The notes below the pieces were generated by a model, which worked only from the letters and a program-made list of their open reading frames with translations, made no database searches and was not told the origin of the DNA. From IMG/VR virus record IMGVR_UViG_3300042455_001086, positions 1 to 64,000 of that record: a stretch of DNA of 64,000 bases; one strand, given 5' to 3'. Shown in pieces: positions 28,746-38,977 of the stretch. The position numbers and the translations under genes were made by a program. Numbering within the stretch: position 1 is the stretch's first letter; the number at the start of each line of letters is the position of its first letter.

Positions 28746-30668
28746 TTACCAAATGGGACAATTAGTTTTTCTTTTTGGTATTACCGCTTTATTTCTAGTA
28801 ACAGCTCTTTTTAATCTTACAAAAGCAATATGTCTTGCGCTTTTTCTTTTGTTTGGTCCGTCACCGATATTTATATTTATATCCCAATTTATACTTGTCC
28901 AAGTAATCATAACACCCAATCCACCAGAAGTAGATACCACAAATTCTAATTCTTTCTCTTCTTTTGAAACCCCTTTTGGTGCTTCTATTGACATATTAAA
29001 TCCACAAGTTGCGTATCTAAATTCACTATATAAATTTTCATACTCTTCTGTCAATGCTACACCACCAATTTGTACGCCAGCCAATTTACTTGCATTTCTA
29101 ACAGCATTTCCGTCTCTTACACCATAAAATTGTCTTGGTGTTAAATTTGGGTTACGAGTACGAGCCTTCAAATATAATGGTGCGTTTGCATAAGCTGTTT
29201 TAAAATCCATTGGTGTACCATCTAAAAAAGTACTTTCTGTGTTATTCCAACCAGGACCTCTATTAGGATCTGATAAATCTAAAACCGTTATTTTTTCAAA
29301 AACATTTAATTCAGAATTATCGATAATTTCATTTAAATACTCTTTCATAGTCGCAATCCTATCAAGAGATAATGGTACATTATTGGTTTCCGAATATTCT
29401 CCTTTTTTATCTGAATATGCGGTTCTAACTTTACTTGTTGATGAATAAAAATTTAAATACAAACCTTTAGGTACTGCTTTATTTCCAGAATCGGCCATAA
29501 TTTTTTTGTATTCAGCAACAGCTTCATTTACTTTTTTCTGAAGTTCAGTTTTAGTCTCATCAGTTAATGTTACATCATCATCTTCAAAAAAGTTTCTGGA
29601 AATTTCATCTCTTTGTTCAACATTCATATTTTCTGGCGGCCAACTATATGTTGTTGTAATTAACTCAACACCAGTTTCATCATCCTTTTTCTTTTCTTCT
29701 TTATATTTTGATAAAACAGAAACATCAGCTGATTCAATAACAATATCTTTGGCTTTGATAATCATATCACTTAAAGTTGGGTTAATACCTCTAAAAAACC
29801 CATCCAAAAATGCTTTGTTTTGTAATTGTTTTCCAGCTTCAGTAGTCAATGTTGCAATAATACTTTCTTTATATGGTTCAACTTGTTTTTTTGAAAGTAC
29901 AACACGAGAATCACTTTCAGCCGAACTTCTTAAATCAACACCTTTTAAATATCCATTTATTTCATTTCCAGTCAATGACCCATAAGTTGGACTTTCGTAA
30001 TCTACTGAATATTGTACATCAGACCCAAAAGCACCCAATATGTGGTTCATTAGATTTATAATTTCATCACTTGTTTGTGTTGACATTATAACATTTTTAG
30101 AATTAAATGCCGTTAATTCTGTTAATAATCTATCCACTTGTTTTTTCATTTCAACATATAAACCCTGATTTACAATTGTAGATAGTTTAGTTTTTACTTT
30201 TGTAAGTAAATCTAATGCTTGTTTTTGTTTTATATTAGTTTGCTCTGTTGAAGAAGTTGTTTGGTTGTTTGAAAGTTTTTTTGTTTTATCAAAACCAGAA
30301 AGTGTTGATGCGTCTACAACTTTATTTAATGTTGTTTCAGGACTTTGTCCAATTCCAGATGTTAATTCATTACCAAGCCAATTTTTAAGAGATTGTCTGG
30401 TTTCTGATGAATCATTTTGTTCAAACCATTTTAACATCGCAAGATAAACTGGTGATTTTGAAAAATTATTTCCAGCATCTACTTCTTTTATATATTGAAT
30501 TATTTTTATAATATCGGCATTCTCAAATGTTTTAGAACCACCGTCAGTCCAATCTGTTACTTGTTCTTTTATTAACCAAGTATTTTTTTGTTCTGAAATA
30601 ACCTTACCCGGTTTATAGTCAAAATAGAATTTCATTCTATTTATTTCTTCTAAAATATTTTTTTTCAT
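28746..30668 (-). CDS. Large hypothetical protein, putative internal/ejection protein
   Basis: ILEEINRMK..ISEQ leader; possible OmpA-like segment (NVPLSLDRIATMKEYL). Confidence 0.6.
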   Translation of the reverse strand: MKKNILEEINRMKFYFDYKPGKVISEQKNTWLIKEQVTDWTDGGSKTFENADIIKIIQYIKEVDAGNNFSKSPVYLAMLKWFEQNDSSETRQSLKNWLGNELTSGIGQSPETTLNKVVDASTLSGFDKTKKLSNNQTTSSTEQTNIKQKQALDLLTKVKTKLSTIVNQGLYVEMKKQVDRLLTELTAFNSKNVIMSTQTSDEIINLMNHILGAFGSDVQYSVDYESPTYGSLTGNEINGYLKGVDLRSSAESDSRVVLSKKQVEPYKESIIATLTTEAGKQLQNKAFLDGFFRGINPTLSDMIIKAKDIVIESADVSVLSKYKEEKKKDDETGVELITTTYSWPPENMNVEQRDEISRNFFEDDDVTLTDETKTELQKKVNEAVAEYKKIMADSGNKAVPKGLYLNFYSSTSKVRTAYSDKKGEYSETNNVPLSLDRIATMKEYLNEIIDNSELNVFEKITVLDLSDPNRGPGWNNTESTFLDGTPMDFKTAYANAPLYLKARTRNPNLTPRQFYGVRDGNAVRNASKLAGVQIGGVALTEEYENLYSEFRYATCGFNMSIEAPKGVSKEEKELEFVVSTSGGLGVMITWTSINWDININIGDGPNKRKSARHIAFVRLKRAVTRNKAVIPKRKTNCPIW

Positions 30669-30752
30669 TTTTTTTAAATAAAATTTCTATTTGATAAATA
30701 TCATAATAAAAAAAAAGTGTTATATTTGTATTATAATTCTAAAATATATAAT

Positions 30753-31265
30753 ATGAAATCATTGACAAGTCTTTTTGTAATTTTTATTTCTGTCATTTGT
30801 TTTACCCAAACAAAAAATAGTAAATCAGATGAAATGTTTATCGCCAGAAATAAAAAAGAATACAACAAAACTAATTTTGATAGTTTGAATAATTGTTTAG
30901 TTGGTTTAATTAACGATTATAGAGTTAAAAATAAATTAAACAAATTGTCTGTTGATACTAATTTGATTCACTATTCCAAAAATTGGGCAAAAGTTTTGTG
31001 TGATAGAAATACACTTGTTCATTCAGATTTTAATGGAACAAACATAATTGGTGAAAACATTTATGGACTTTTTACTTACGGTACATTTATTTGTAGTGTT
31101 GAATATTTCAATAAACAGCCCCAAATAATTTTTGATTCTTGGAGGACATCAATTGTTGGTCACAATGAAAATATGTTAAATGTTAAAGCAACTAAAATTG
31201 GTTTGGTTATTTACACAGAATATAACACCAAATTTAAATTAAGAGCTGTGATGGTTGTTGAATAA
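30753..31265 (+). CDS. Secreted CAP/SCP-domain protein
   Basis: Signal peptide; INDYR...L..L..D, HS, GENI, W..S.GHNENML. Confidence 0.8.
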   Translation: MKSLTSLFVIFISVICFTQTKNSKSDEMFIARNKKEYNKTNFDSLNNCLVGLINDYRVKNKLNKLSVDTNLIHYSKNWAKVLCDRNTLVHSDFNGTNIIGENIYGLFTYGTFICSVEYFNKQPQIIFDSWRTSIVGHNENMLNVKATKIGLVIYTEYNTKFKLRAVMVVE

Positions 31266-31292
31266 AAAGACCCCCAAAAAATGGGGGTTTTT

Positions 31293-31661
31293 TTATTTTA
31301 GGGAGTTAATTTTATCTCTCACTTCTATAGCCCTCTCAAAGTTTTGTGTTTTAATACAATCTTCAAGTTCTTTATTGAGCTCACTTATTTTTTCTTTGTT
31401 TTCTTCTAGATTTTTTATTCTATCTCTTAACTCCACAGCTTCCTCAAAATTTTGTTCCTCAACCGCCATATCCAATTTTTGTTTTAATAGTGTTATTTCA
31501 TCGGATTTGGTTAAATTACCTCTTTTATTTGTAATGTAGGTAAATGAAATTGACCCATCTGGTGAATGATAAGTTTTTTTATCCCAATCATTAGTATTCC
31601 CAAATAATGGATCCGAATTAAAAAATTCATTAAATAATCTTTCTAAATTTCTGTTAAACAT
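31293..31661 (-). CDS. UVR (UvrB/C motif) coiled-coil protein, McsA-like Clp partner
   Basis: Two repeats of AVEEQNFEEAVELRDRI; divergent from the clp gene. Confidence 0.8.
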   Translation of the reverse strand: MFNRNLERLFNEFFNSDPLFGNTNDWDKKTYHSPDGSISFTYITNKRGNLTKSDEITLLKQKLDMAVEEQNFEEAVELRDRIKNLEENKEKISELNKELEDCIKTQNFERAIEVRDKINSLK

Positions 31662-31822
31662 TTTTTTATATTTTAAAGGTTTATTTTGTAATTTTTTTTA
31701 ACCAATTTTGTTCCAAACAAAAAAGTATGACAAAATGTCAGTATAAAATTTTAGTATATGACAAAAAGACAAATATTGACAACAAATCTATTTATATCTA
31801 AAATTAGATAAAACTTTTAGAT

Positions 31823-32110
31823 ATGGCAATAGAATTTGTAGATGATGGAGACAAAAACAAAAGAAAAGGTGATGGTAGCACACCTATTTTAGACAATTTC
31901 AGCAAAGATTTAATTAAAGCTGCTGAACAAGGAAAATTGGATCCTGTTATTGGGAGGCAAAAAGAAGTGTTAAGAATTGCACAGATATTATCAAGGAGAA
32001 AAAAAAATAATCCAATTATAATTGGTGAACCCGGATGTGTATTAGGAGACACTTGGATTGAGGTTGAGAAAGTATCTAATGTTGATACTCACAATTTTAA
32101 AAAGTTGTGA
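31823..32110 (+). CDS. ClpC-like ATPase N-fragment fused to a 24-aa N-intein
   Basis: [28 protein letters not shown]|CVLGDTWI...stop. Confidence 0.9.
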   Translation: MAIEFVDDGDKNKRKGDGSTPILDNFSKDLIKAAEQGKLDPVIGRQKEVLRIAQILSRRKKNNPIIIGEPGCVLGDTWIEVEKVSNVDTHNFKKL

Positions 32111-32126
32111 TATTTATTATTAGGTA

Positions 32127-33335
32127 TTGGTATATCCCAACACCTGGATTATTATGTTTATCAAGAAAAACGGTAAGAATTTAATTGAAATTAATACAGT
32201 CATTGAGTTTCAAAATTTTATATTAGATAAAAAATTTTATAAATATTTTATAAAATTTAGGGATTCAGACATCCAAAAAGTTAATGACTTAATTAATCAG
32301 ACTGAGTTTTTAAATTATAAAAAAATAAAACCAGTGTTAAGGTCGGTATTAAACTATCCTGAAAGTATCTATAATAAAGATTTTTTATTAAGTATGGGTT
32401 GGGAATTGGATATGATTGATATTTTTATATCCGAAAAACAAAGTAAAAATTCTAATATTTTAAAACAAAAGAAACAATCAAACCCAGAAAAATATAAAAG
32501 TAGTGAAACTACAAATATTGAATATTGGTTAAATAAGGGATATAACCTAAATGATGCTAAAATTAAATTGAGTGAGCGTCAATCAACTTTTAGTTTAAAA
32601 AAATGTATAGATAAATATGGTGAAGTTGTTGGGACTGAAAAATTCTTAAATAGACAAAAAAAATGGATAAACACATTAAAAAATAAAGAAAATTTTCAAG
32701 AAGTGCAGTTGAAAAAAAATGTATTTAAATATGATGTGAAAGAAACAAAATTGTTATTACAACACGCAAACTATAAAGAAAAAACAAAAGGAATTATTAT
32801 GGGTTGTTCTACCTATAATACAATTAATGAATTTATTGATTGTATCATTAAAAATGATGACATAAAAAAATATTCGGATTTGACACAGTATGTTAATAGT
32901 AAAGTCATTTGTAATATATTTAAAACAACACCAACAATCATAAAAAATTTATTTTATGAGAAAATAAATCTAAATCAAAATAGACAATATTATGGTATAT
33001 CTGTATATCATAATGGTATTAGATATAAAAGTGTTGGTGAATATAGAGTTGCGTTATTTTTGGAAGAAAATAAAATTAATTTCGACTACGAAAAAAATTA
33101 TCCAAACTCAAATTTAAAGTGTGATTTTTATCTAAAAGAGAAAGATACATACATTGAATTATATGGACTATTAAATAAGAAAAATTTAAACAAATTAGAT
33201 GATAATCAACAGATATATAAACAAAAAGTTGATTTTAAAAATCAATTTTGTATAGACAATAATATAAAATTGATTTATGATTTTGACTATAACTTATTAA
33301 TTAATAAAATACAAAATTATTATTATGAAAATTAA
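32127..33335 (+). CDS. Free-standing endonuclease between the split-intein halves
   Basis: EYWLNKGY / CIDKYGE repeats; KSVGEY..CDFYL....IELYG PD-(D/E)XK motif. Start may be ATG 32154. Confidence 0.7.
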   Translation: MVYPNTWIIMFIKKNGKNLIEINTVIEFQNFILDKKFYKYFIKFRDSDIQKVNDLINQTEFLNYKKIKPVLRSVLNYPESIYNKDFLLSMGWELDMIDIFISEKQSKNSNILKQKKQSNPEKYKSSETTNIEYWLNKGYNLNDAKIKLSERQSTFSLKKCIDKYGEVVGTEKFLNRQKKWINTLKNKENFQEVQLKKNVFKYDVKETKLLLQHANYKEKTKGIIMGCSTYNTINEFIDCIIKNDDIKKYSDLTQYVNSKVICNIFKTTPTIIKNLFYEKINLNQNRQYYGISVYHNGIRYKSVGEYRVALFLEENKINFDYEKNYPNSNLKCDFYLKEKDTYIELYGLLNKKNLNKLDDNQQIYKQKVDFKNQFCIDNNIKLIYDFDYNLLINKIQNYYYEN

Positions 33336-35574
33336 AATTAAAGATTTTTTCGAGTTAATTGAAAAAGAAGGGGGGACATATAAAATTAAAACTCCATCAG
33401 GATATAAATTAATTGGTAATTTATATGAAAAACAAAATAAACTTTGTTATGAAATAAAATTATCTAACGGTAATACTTTATCGGGTTCTGAAGATCATTT
33501 AGTTGAGGTTGATTCAACAACAACTAATGAAAATTCAGAATTGATAAATGAATCATTTTGGGTTAAATTAAAAAATATCAATTTGGGCGACTTTATTTTT
33601 TGTGAAGATAATAATTTATACGATGTTATTGAAAAAAATGAAATTGGTATTCATAATACATATGATCTTGAAGTTCTTGATAATGAGCGTAAATATATTT
33701 CAAACGGTATTGTGTCACACAATTGTGGTAAAACGGCCATTGTTGAAGGGTTAGCAATGATGATACATTCTGGTGAATGCCCAAAAAATTTAGCTGATAA
33801 AAGAATTGTATCATTAGATATTAACTCACTTGTTGCTGGAACAAAATATAGAGGACAATTTGAAGAAAGAATGAAGGTTATAATTGAAGAATTACAATCA
33901 AACCCAAATATTATAATCTTTATTGATGAAATTCATACAATGGTTGGTGCTGGTAATAGTTCTGGATCATTAGACGCTTCAAATATTCTTAAACCTTCAC
34001 TATCAAGGGGTGAAATTCAATGTATTGGTGCTACAACACTTGACGAATACAGAAAACATTTTGAAAAGGATGGTGCGTTAGAAAGAAGATTCCAAAAGAT
34101 AATTGTTGACCCTTCATCAAAAGAAGAGACATTTCAAATTTTAAAACAGAGTAAGGAAAAATATGAGGAACACCACAAAGTAAATTACACAGATGAATCA
34201 CTTTGGTTATGTGTTGAGTTAGCGGATAGATATATTACGGATCGTGAATTTCCAGATAAGGCTTTTGATATTTTAGATGAGATTGGTTCTCGTATGCAAA
34301 TTGATATTAAACTTCCGGAACATATAGAAAAATTAAAACAAGAAGCCGCAGATATTAAACTAGAAAAAGTTGATGTTATTAAAAAACAAAAATATGAATT
34401 AGCTGCCGAACTTCGTGATAGAGAAAAAAATATTTTATCTAAACTTGAGGAAGAAAAGAAAAAATTTGAGGACGAACTCAAAAATAGTAAAAGAGGTATT
34501 CCGGAGGACTTAATTTACGAAGTCGTTTCAAATATGACAAAAATTCCAGTTAGTAAGATTAATATAGACGAAAAAAATTCACTTGTTAATTTGGAAGACT
34601 CACTTAATGGTTCTGTTATTGGTCAAGAAGAAGCGGTTAAAAAGATTTCAAAAGCAATTAGACGAAATAGAGTAGGTATTAAGGATCCAAATAGACCAAT
34701 TGGTTCATTTATCTTCCTAGGATCTACTGGTGTGGGAAAAACATTTTTGGCGAAAAAGTTGGCAAAAGAAATTTTTGGGAGTAAAGATAGTTTAATTAGA
34801 GTAGATATGTCTGAATATCAAGAAAAACACACAATTTCACGACTAATCGGCTCACCTCCTGGTTATGTTAATTCAGACGAAGGTGGTCAATTAACAGAGC
34901 AAGTTAAAAATAAACCATATTCCGTGATATTATTTGATGAAATAGAAAAAGCACACAAAGACATTTTTTCAACACTTTTGCAAGTATTAGATGACGGACA
35001 TATTACTGATAGTCTTGGTAGAAAAATTAATTTTAAAAATTGTTTAATTATAATGACATCAAATATTGGTGTTAAAAAATTGCAAGATTTTGGTAGTGGT
35101 GTTGGTTTTAAAACATCAAATAATAGTGAAGCTGTTCAAGAAGAATATAAACGAGATGTTCTAAAGAAAGAACTAAGTAAGTTTTTTGCACCAGAATTTT
35201 TAAATAGAATTGATGATGTTGTTGTCTTTAATTCATTAAAAAAAGAACAAATCAATAAAATTGTTAAACTTGAAATTGATAAACTAATAAAACGGTTAGA
35301 TTCAATGAAGTATAAAATTTCGTATGAAAATTCAGTAATTGATTTAATTGCCAAAGTTGGGTTTGATGAACAATATGGTGCAAGACCAATAAAGAGAGCA
35401 ATCCAGGATAAAATTGAAGATTTAATTTCAGAAAAAATATTATTGAATGAAGTTATTGAAGAAAAGGAATATGTGTTATTTGTCAAAGGAGAAGGTGATG
35501 GCCAGACAATAGAAATTGAAGATAGATCAAAACCAGAACCGAAAAAAAGAGGTAGAAAGAAAAAGGAGGATTAA
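33325..35574 (+). CDS. 133-aa C-intein fused to the ClpC-like AAA+ ATPase C-fragment
   Basis: SEDH..TYDLEV..YISNGIVSHN|CGKTAIVEG; AGTKYRGQFEE, FIDEIH, UVR motif, GSTGVGKT, LFDEIEKAH, GARP. Confidence 0.92.
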   Translation: MKIKIKDFFELIEKEGGTYKIKTPSGYKLIGNLYEKQNKLCYEIKLSNGNTLSGSEDHLVEVDSTTTNENSELINESFWVKLKNINLGDFIFCEDNNLYDVIEKNEIGIHNTYDLEVLDNERKYISNGIVSHNCGKTAIVEGLAMMIHSGECPKNLADKRIVSLDINSLVAGTKYRGQFEERMKVIIEELQSNPNIIIFIDEIHTMVGAGNSSGSLDASNILKPSLSRGEIQCIGATTLDEYRKHFEKDGALERRFQKIIVDPSSKEETFQILKQSKEKYEEHHKVNYTDESLWLCVELADRYITDREFPDKAFDILDEIGSRMQIDIKLPEHIEKLKQEAADIKLEKVDVIKKQKYELAAELRDREKNILSKLEEEKKKFEDELKNSKRGIPEDLIYEVVSNMTKIPVSKINIDEKNSLVNLEDSLNGSVIGQEEAVKKISKAIRRNRVGIKDPNRPIGSFIFLGSTGVGKTFLAKKLAKEIFGSKDSLIRVDMSEYQEKHTISRLIGSPPGYVNSDEGGQLTEQVKNKPYSVILFDEIEKAHKDIFSTLLQVLDDGHITDSLGRKINFKNCLIIMTSNIGVKKLQDFGSGVGFKTSNNSEAVQEEYKRDVLKKELSKFFAPEFLNRIDDVVVFNSLKKEQINKIVKLEIDKLIKRLDSMKYKISYENSVIDLIAKVGFDEQYGARPIKRAIQDKIEDLISEKILLNEVIEEKEYVLFVKGEGDGQTIEIEDRSKPEPKKRGRKKKED

Positions 35575-36616
35575 AAACCCTCCTTTTTTTTATTAAAAAC
35601 CAACATAATCTAAATTATCAAATATTTATATAATATAAATTATATTATAGGATATGTTGGTTAATAAAGAACAATATTATAGTTATACTGAATTAAAAGA
35701 TTTAATTAAAAATCAAAACATAACAACAAAAGAATCATATATTTCTAATTATAAAAATCTTAAGATTTATGGTAAAAAGGCACCAATAAATCCAATAACA
35801 TTTTACGGTAAAAATATTTGTAAAAATTGGTCTGAATTTTTAGGAAAACCAATATATAAAAAAAATAAATATGGTGTGTACTACACATACGAAAAATGTA
35901 AAAAACAAATTAGACTTCTAAATATTAAAAGTAAAAATGATTATTATAATCAAATAAATAAAATTATGTCTGAAGAAACTGGGATACCATATAATCCGGT
36001 CTCAATATATAAATCAGAATGGGAAGGTTGGGGTATTTTTTTAGGAACTAACCGAATACAAGATAATCTTAAAAAATACAAACCATTTGATGAGGCTCGT
36101 GATTGGGCTCGTAGTTTAAATCTAAAAATGGGTAAAGAATGGACAAAATTAGAACTAACAAAATTACCAACCAACATACCAAAAAAACCAGAAAAAACAT
36201 ATAAAGATAAAGGATGGATTGATTATTACGATTGGCTGGGGATTGACAAAAGAACTAAAATTAGTTATGGTGAAAAGGTAATTTTTGATTTTCTAACTAA
36301 AAACAAAATAAAATTCCAGTACGACAAGTCTCTTTTAAATTGTAGAGATAAAAATAAACTTCGTTTTGATTTCTATCTCCCAGAAAAAAATATATGTATT
36401 GAATTTGATGGGATACAACATTTTAAACCTATTTCAATATTTGGTGGTGAAAGTGAGTTTGAAAAAGTTAAAATAAGAGATAGAATAAAAAATGATTTTT
36501 GTGAATTAAACAGTATAAAATTAATTAGAGTTAATTATTCACAATCAAATGACGAAATAATTAAAATATTGGGCTGTTTATAAAAAGGAGGATTAAAAAC
36601 CCTCCTTTTTTATTAA
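35560..36616. repeat. Duplicated ~30-bp bidirectional terminator flanking an endonuclease gene
   Basis: aaaaaggaggattaaaaaccctcctttttt starts at 35560 and at 36582. Confidence 0.85.
35654..36583 (+). CDS. Putative homing endonuclease (repeat domain plus Vsr/DUF559-like nuclease)
   Basis: IP.NP..Y..W.GW..FLG repeats; SYGE..FDFYL..IEFDGIQH..D..KN.FC. Confidence 0.75.
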   Translation: MLVNKEQYYSYTELKDLIKNQNITTKESYISNYKNLKIYGKKAPINPITFYGKNICKNWSEFLGKPIYKKNKYGVYYTYEKCKKQIRLLNIKSKNDYYNQINKIMSEETGIPYNPVSIYKSEWEGWGIFLGTNRIQDNLKKYKPFDEARDWARSLNLKMGKEWTKLELTKLPTNIPKKPEKTYKDKGWIDYYDWLGIDKRTKISYGEKVIFDFLTKNKIKFQYDKSLLNCRDKNKLRFDFYLPEKNICIEFDGIQHFKPISIFGGESEFEKVKIRDRIKNDFCELNSIKLIRVNYSQSNDEIIKILGCL

Positions 36617-37398
36617 TGTTTGGTATAACCTAGTTCTTCAATCATCAGCTTACCCACCTTAATTCCGTTGTATGTATCCTCAACAACAACATATTCATTT
36701 TTTGTGTGGTAGTTGTAATAACCAATTGATATGTTAAAACAAGATAAATCAAAATTTTTATTTAATGGATAAATGTCCGTATATGGATGACTATGATATT
36801 TTGTGTCACTTGGGAAATGTTCTGTAATCAAACGACCACCAACCTTAAAAAATTCAGAATTTCTATTAAACATAGGTTTGCTCATCAGATATTCGGAAAT
36901 CATATTATTCTCCGGGGCATCAAATTGAATCACATAACCAACATTCTTGAAAAATTCTGGGTCGGCGTTAAATGAACCTTTACAACCGGTTTCTTCAGCC
37001 ACAAAAAATGCTACCTTCAAGTTTGGCAATTCTTTTAGAAGTTCAAGACAAGCATAGACACCACACTTATCATCACCACCAATTCCGGTTGGGTTTCCTT
37101 TATCATTATACGCTTTAAGTGCCAGTTTTATTTCTTTCTGTGCGTTTGGTAATTGTTCCTCAACAACATTTATTGTGTCAATATTATGAACCGTATCCGT
37201 ATGTGCAACAACACAAGGAAAATAAGAAATATCTTCATCAGTTTGTTTTGTTGCATAAACATTATTAAACTGATCCACATAAAATGGTATATTGTTTTCG
37301 CTCAACCAATTACAAATGAATTCAACCATTAAACCTTCTTGATAAGTTTTTGTGGGAATTGATAATACTTCTTTTAATAATTCAAAATTTCTTTCCAT
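36613..37398 (-). CDS. Zn peptidase (M20/M28 family)
   Basis: AHTDTV, GGDDKCG, EETGC.GS, D, YH. Confidence 0.85.
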   Translation of the reverse strand: MERNFELLKEVLSIPTKTYQEGLMVEFICNWLSENNIPFYVDQFNNVYATKQTDEDISYFPCVVAHTDTVHNIDTINVVEEQLPNAQKEIKLALKAYNDKGNPTGIGGDDKCGVYACLELLKELPNLKVAFFVAEETGCKGSFNADPEFFKNVGYVIQFDAPENNMISEYLMSKPMFNRNSEFFKVGGRLITEHFPSDTKYHSHPYTDIYPLNKNFDLSCFNISIGYYNYHTKNEYVVVEDTYNGIKVGKLMIEELGYTKH

Positions 37399-37425
37399 AC
37401 CACAAATATAGAAACATTATTTGAT

Positions 37426-38472
37426 TTATAAAAGTTTTCTTAATATTTTTCTAACACTTTCAAATAATTCCGGATGATAGAGGATTAAGTTCAAATCATC
37501 AAGATTATTAACAGACCTTTTTTCTTGTTGGTTATTTTTCCAAAGTTTAATAATTAGTCTATTTGTTTTTAAATCCAAGGTTTCAAAAATAACCTCAATA
37601 TTTTTTTCCGGAATTTTAATTAATTTGTTAAAACCACCAAGGCTAATTACTTTTTTATATAATTTATTATATTCGTCAAAATTAGTATTTTCACCCATCA
37701 AATCATCTTCAATTGTTTCTAATATATCATCTAAAGCCTTACCTATATTTTTTTGTGTTTCCTCATTATCGTAATCATCACACCAAGAATTATATTCAAG
37801 TTCAGACCAATCCCCAACATTATTATTACCATATTTTTCATATAATAACTTTAATAAACCTTTTAAATCTTCATCTTCAGCGTTTAACATTTTATACAAT
37901 CTTAAAAGAATTCTAACATCAGTTATAAATTTATAGGCAGGTATCAACTCAAAAATACCAAATTTATAAAATGGATTTTTAACATCATTCAATATTTCTT
38001 CTTTAACTGCCCTTCCGATACATTCAGAATGTGTCGTACCATAGTCATATATTAAATTATCAATATGGTTTGAAAACATCTTATCAAGAAATTTGGCAAC
38101 ATTCGATTCATTTTCCTCAATTTCTAAAGTTGGATTTACAAGTTTTACTATTCTTTTAAGTTTTTCAAGATTTATTGGATTGAAGTCTTTAATAATATAC
38201 CCTTCTTTCCAATCATCTTCGTATTTATATCTATCATAATCATCATTATAATACTGACCACCAACAAATCTAGCCCAGGTATATCTATCTGGATTATCAC
38301 GATCAATATCAAAAATCGCTAGAAAGTCATCGTCATCGTCAAATGTTATTGTAATTTTTGGCGTTTTACTACTATAATCAACATACGAAATTAGATCATC
38401 AGGATAATGCCATCTACTAATTTCTTCACCTTTAGCAATTTTTTTTAAAAATTCATAAGTTTCACTTGCCAT
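37426..38472 (-). CDS. Hypothetical acidic protein
   Basis: ORF track. Confidence 0.7.
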   Translation of the reverse strand: MASETYEFLKKIAKGEEISRWHYPDDLISYVDYSSKTPKITITFDDDDDFLAIFDIDRDNPDRYTWARFVGGQYYNDDYDRYKYEDDWKEGYIIKDFNPINLEKLKRIVKLVNPTLEIEENESNVAKFLDKMFSNHIDNLIYDYGTTHSECIGRAVKEEILNDVKNPFYKFGIFELIPAYKFITDVRILLRLYKMLNAEDEDLKGLLKLLYEKYGNNNVGDWSELEYNSWCDDYDNEETQKNIGKALDDILETIEDDLMGENTNFDEYNKLYKKVISLGGFNKLIKIPEKNIEVIFETLDLKTNRLIIKLWKNNQQEKRSVNNLDDLNLILYHPELFESVRKILRKLL

Positions 38473-38523
38473 ATTAGATAAATATAATTATATTTGTATT
38501 TATATATAGTTCTTTGAAAATAT

Positions 38524-38914
38524 GGGGGTGTTTTTGGATTTGACAGGTATTGGCTGAGGAATAAGGGCATGTAGGGACTAAGTTAATCTCTTTAAAAACT
38601 GACTTGGAAAACAACTGGCAATGTGCTAAACAAAATGGAAACTCTTGGATTAGTAAGAGGTTCTGAAGTTACTGTAGCTTAAGATAAGTTCGGAAACGGG
38701 GGGTCGGCAGACATATAACCTAGCAACAGAAGTCGTAGTTTGATAGAGCACACCGGATGGCTCTCTAAATCCGATTCGGGACCATTGGTTGTTGATTTAC
38801 GATGGTGAAGAACAAATCAACTATTTTGGGATATTAGAAAATATCAACCTAAACATGTAGTCCTTATCTGACAGGATATTATGGACCGGAGTTCGACTCT
38901 CCGCACCTCCACCA
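38524..38914 (+). ncRNA. ssrA: tmRNA
   Basis: 5' GGGGGTG..GGATTTGAC; 3' T-arm CGGAGTTCGACTCTCCG and CACCTCCACCA with G3.U70; tag ORF 38617-38682; promoter and boxA upstream. Confidence 0.95.
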
Positions 38915-38977
38915 ATTGTAAAACCTCATCATAAGATGGGGTTTTTTTTATTTAAAATAAAATTGTATATTTGTAGA

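Noticed and set aside
32110-33325. Group I intron splitting the clp gene
   Set aside because: No room for a ribozyme core or P/Q/R/S motifs; the intein halves explain the split.
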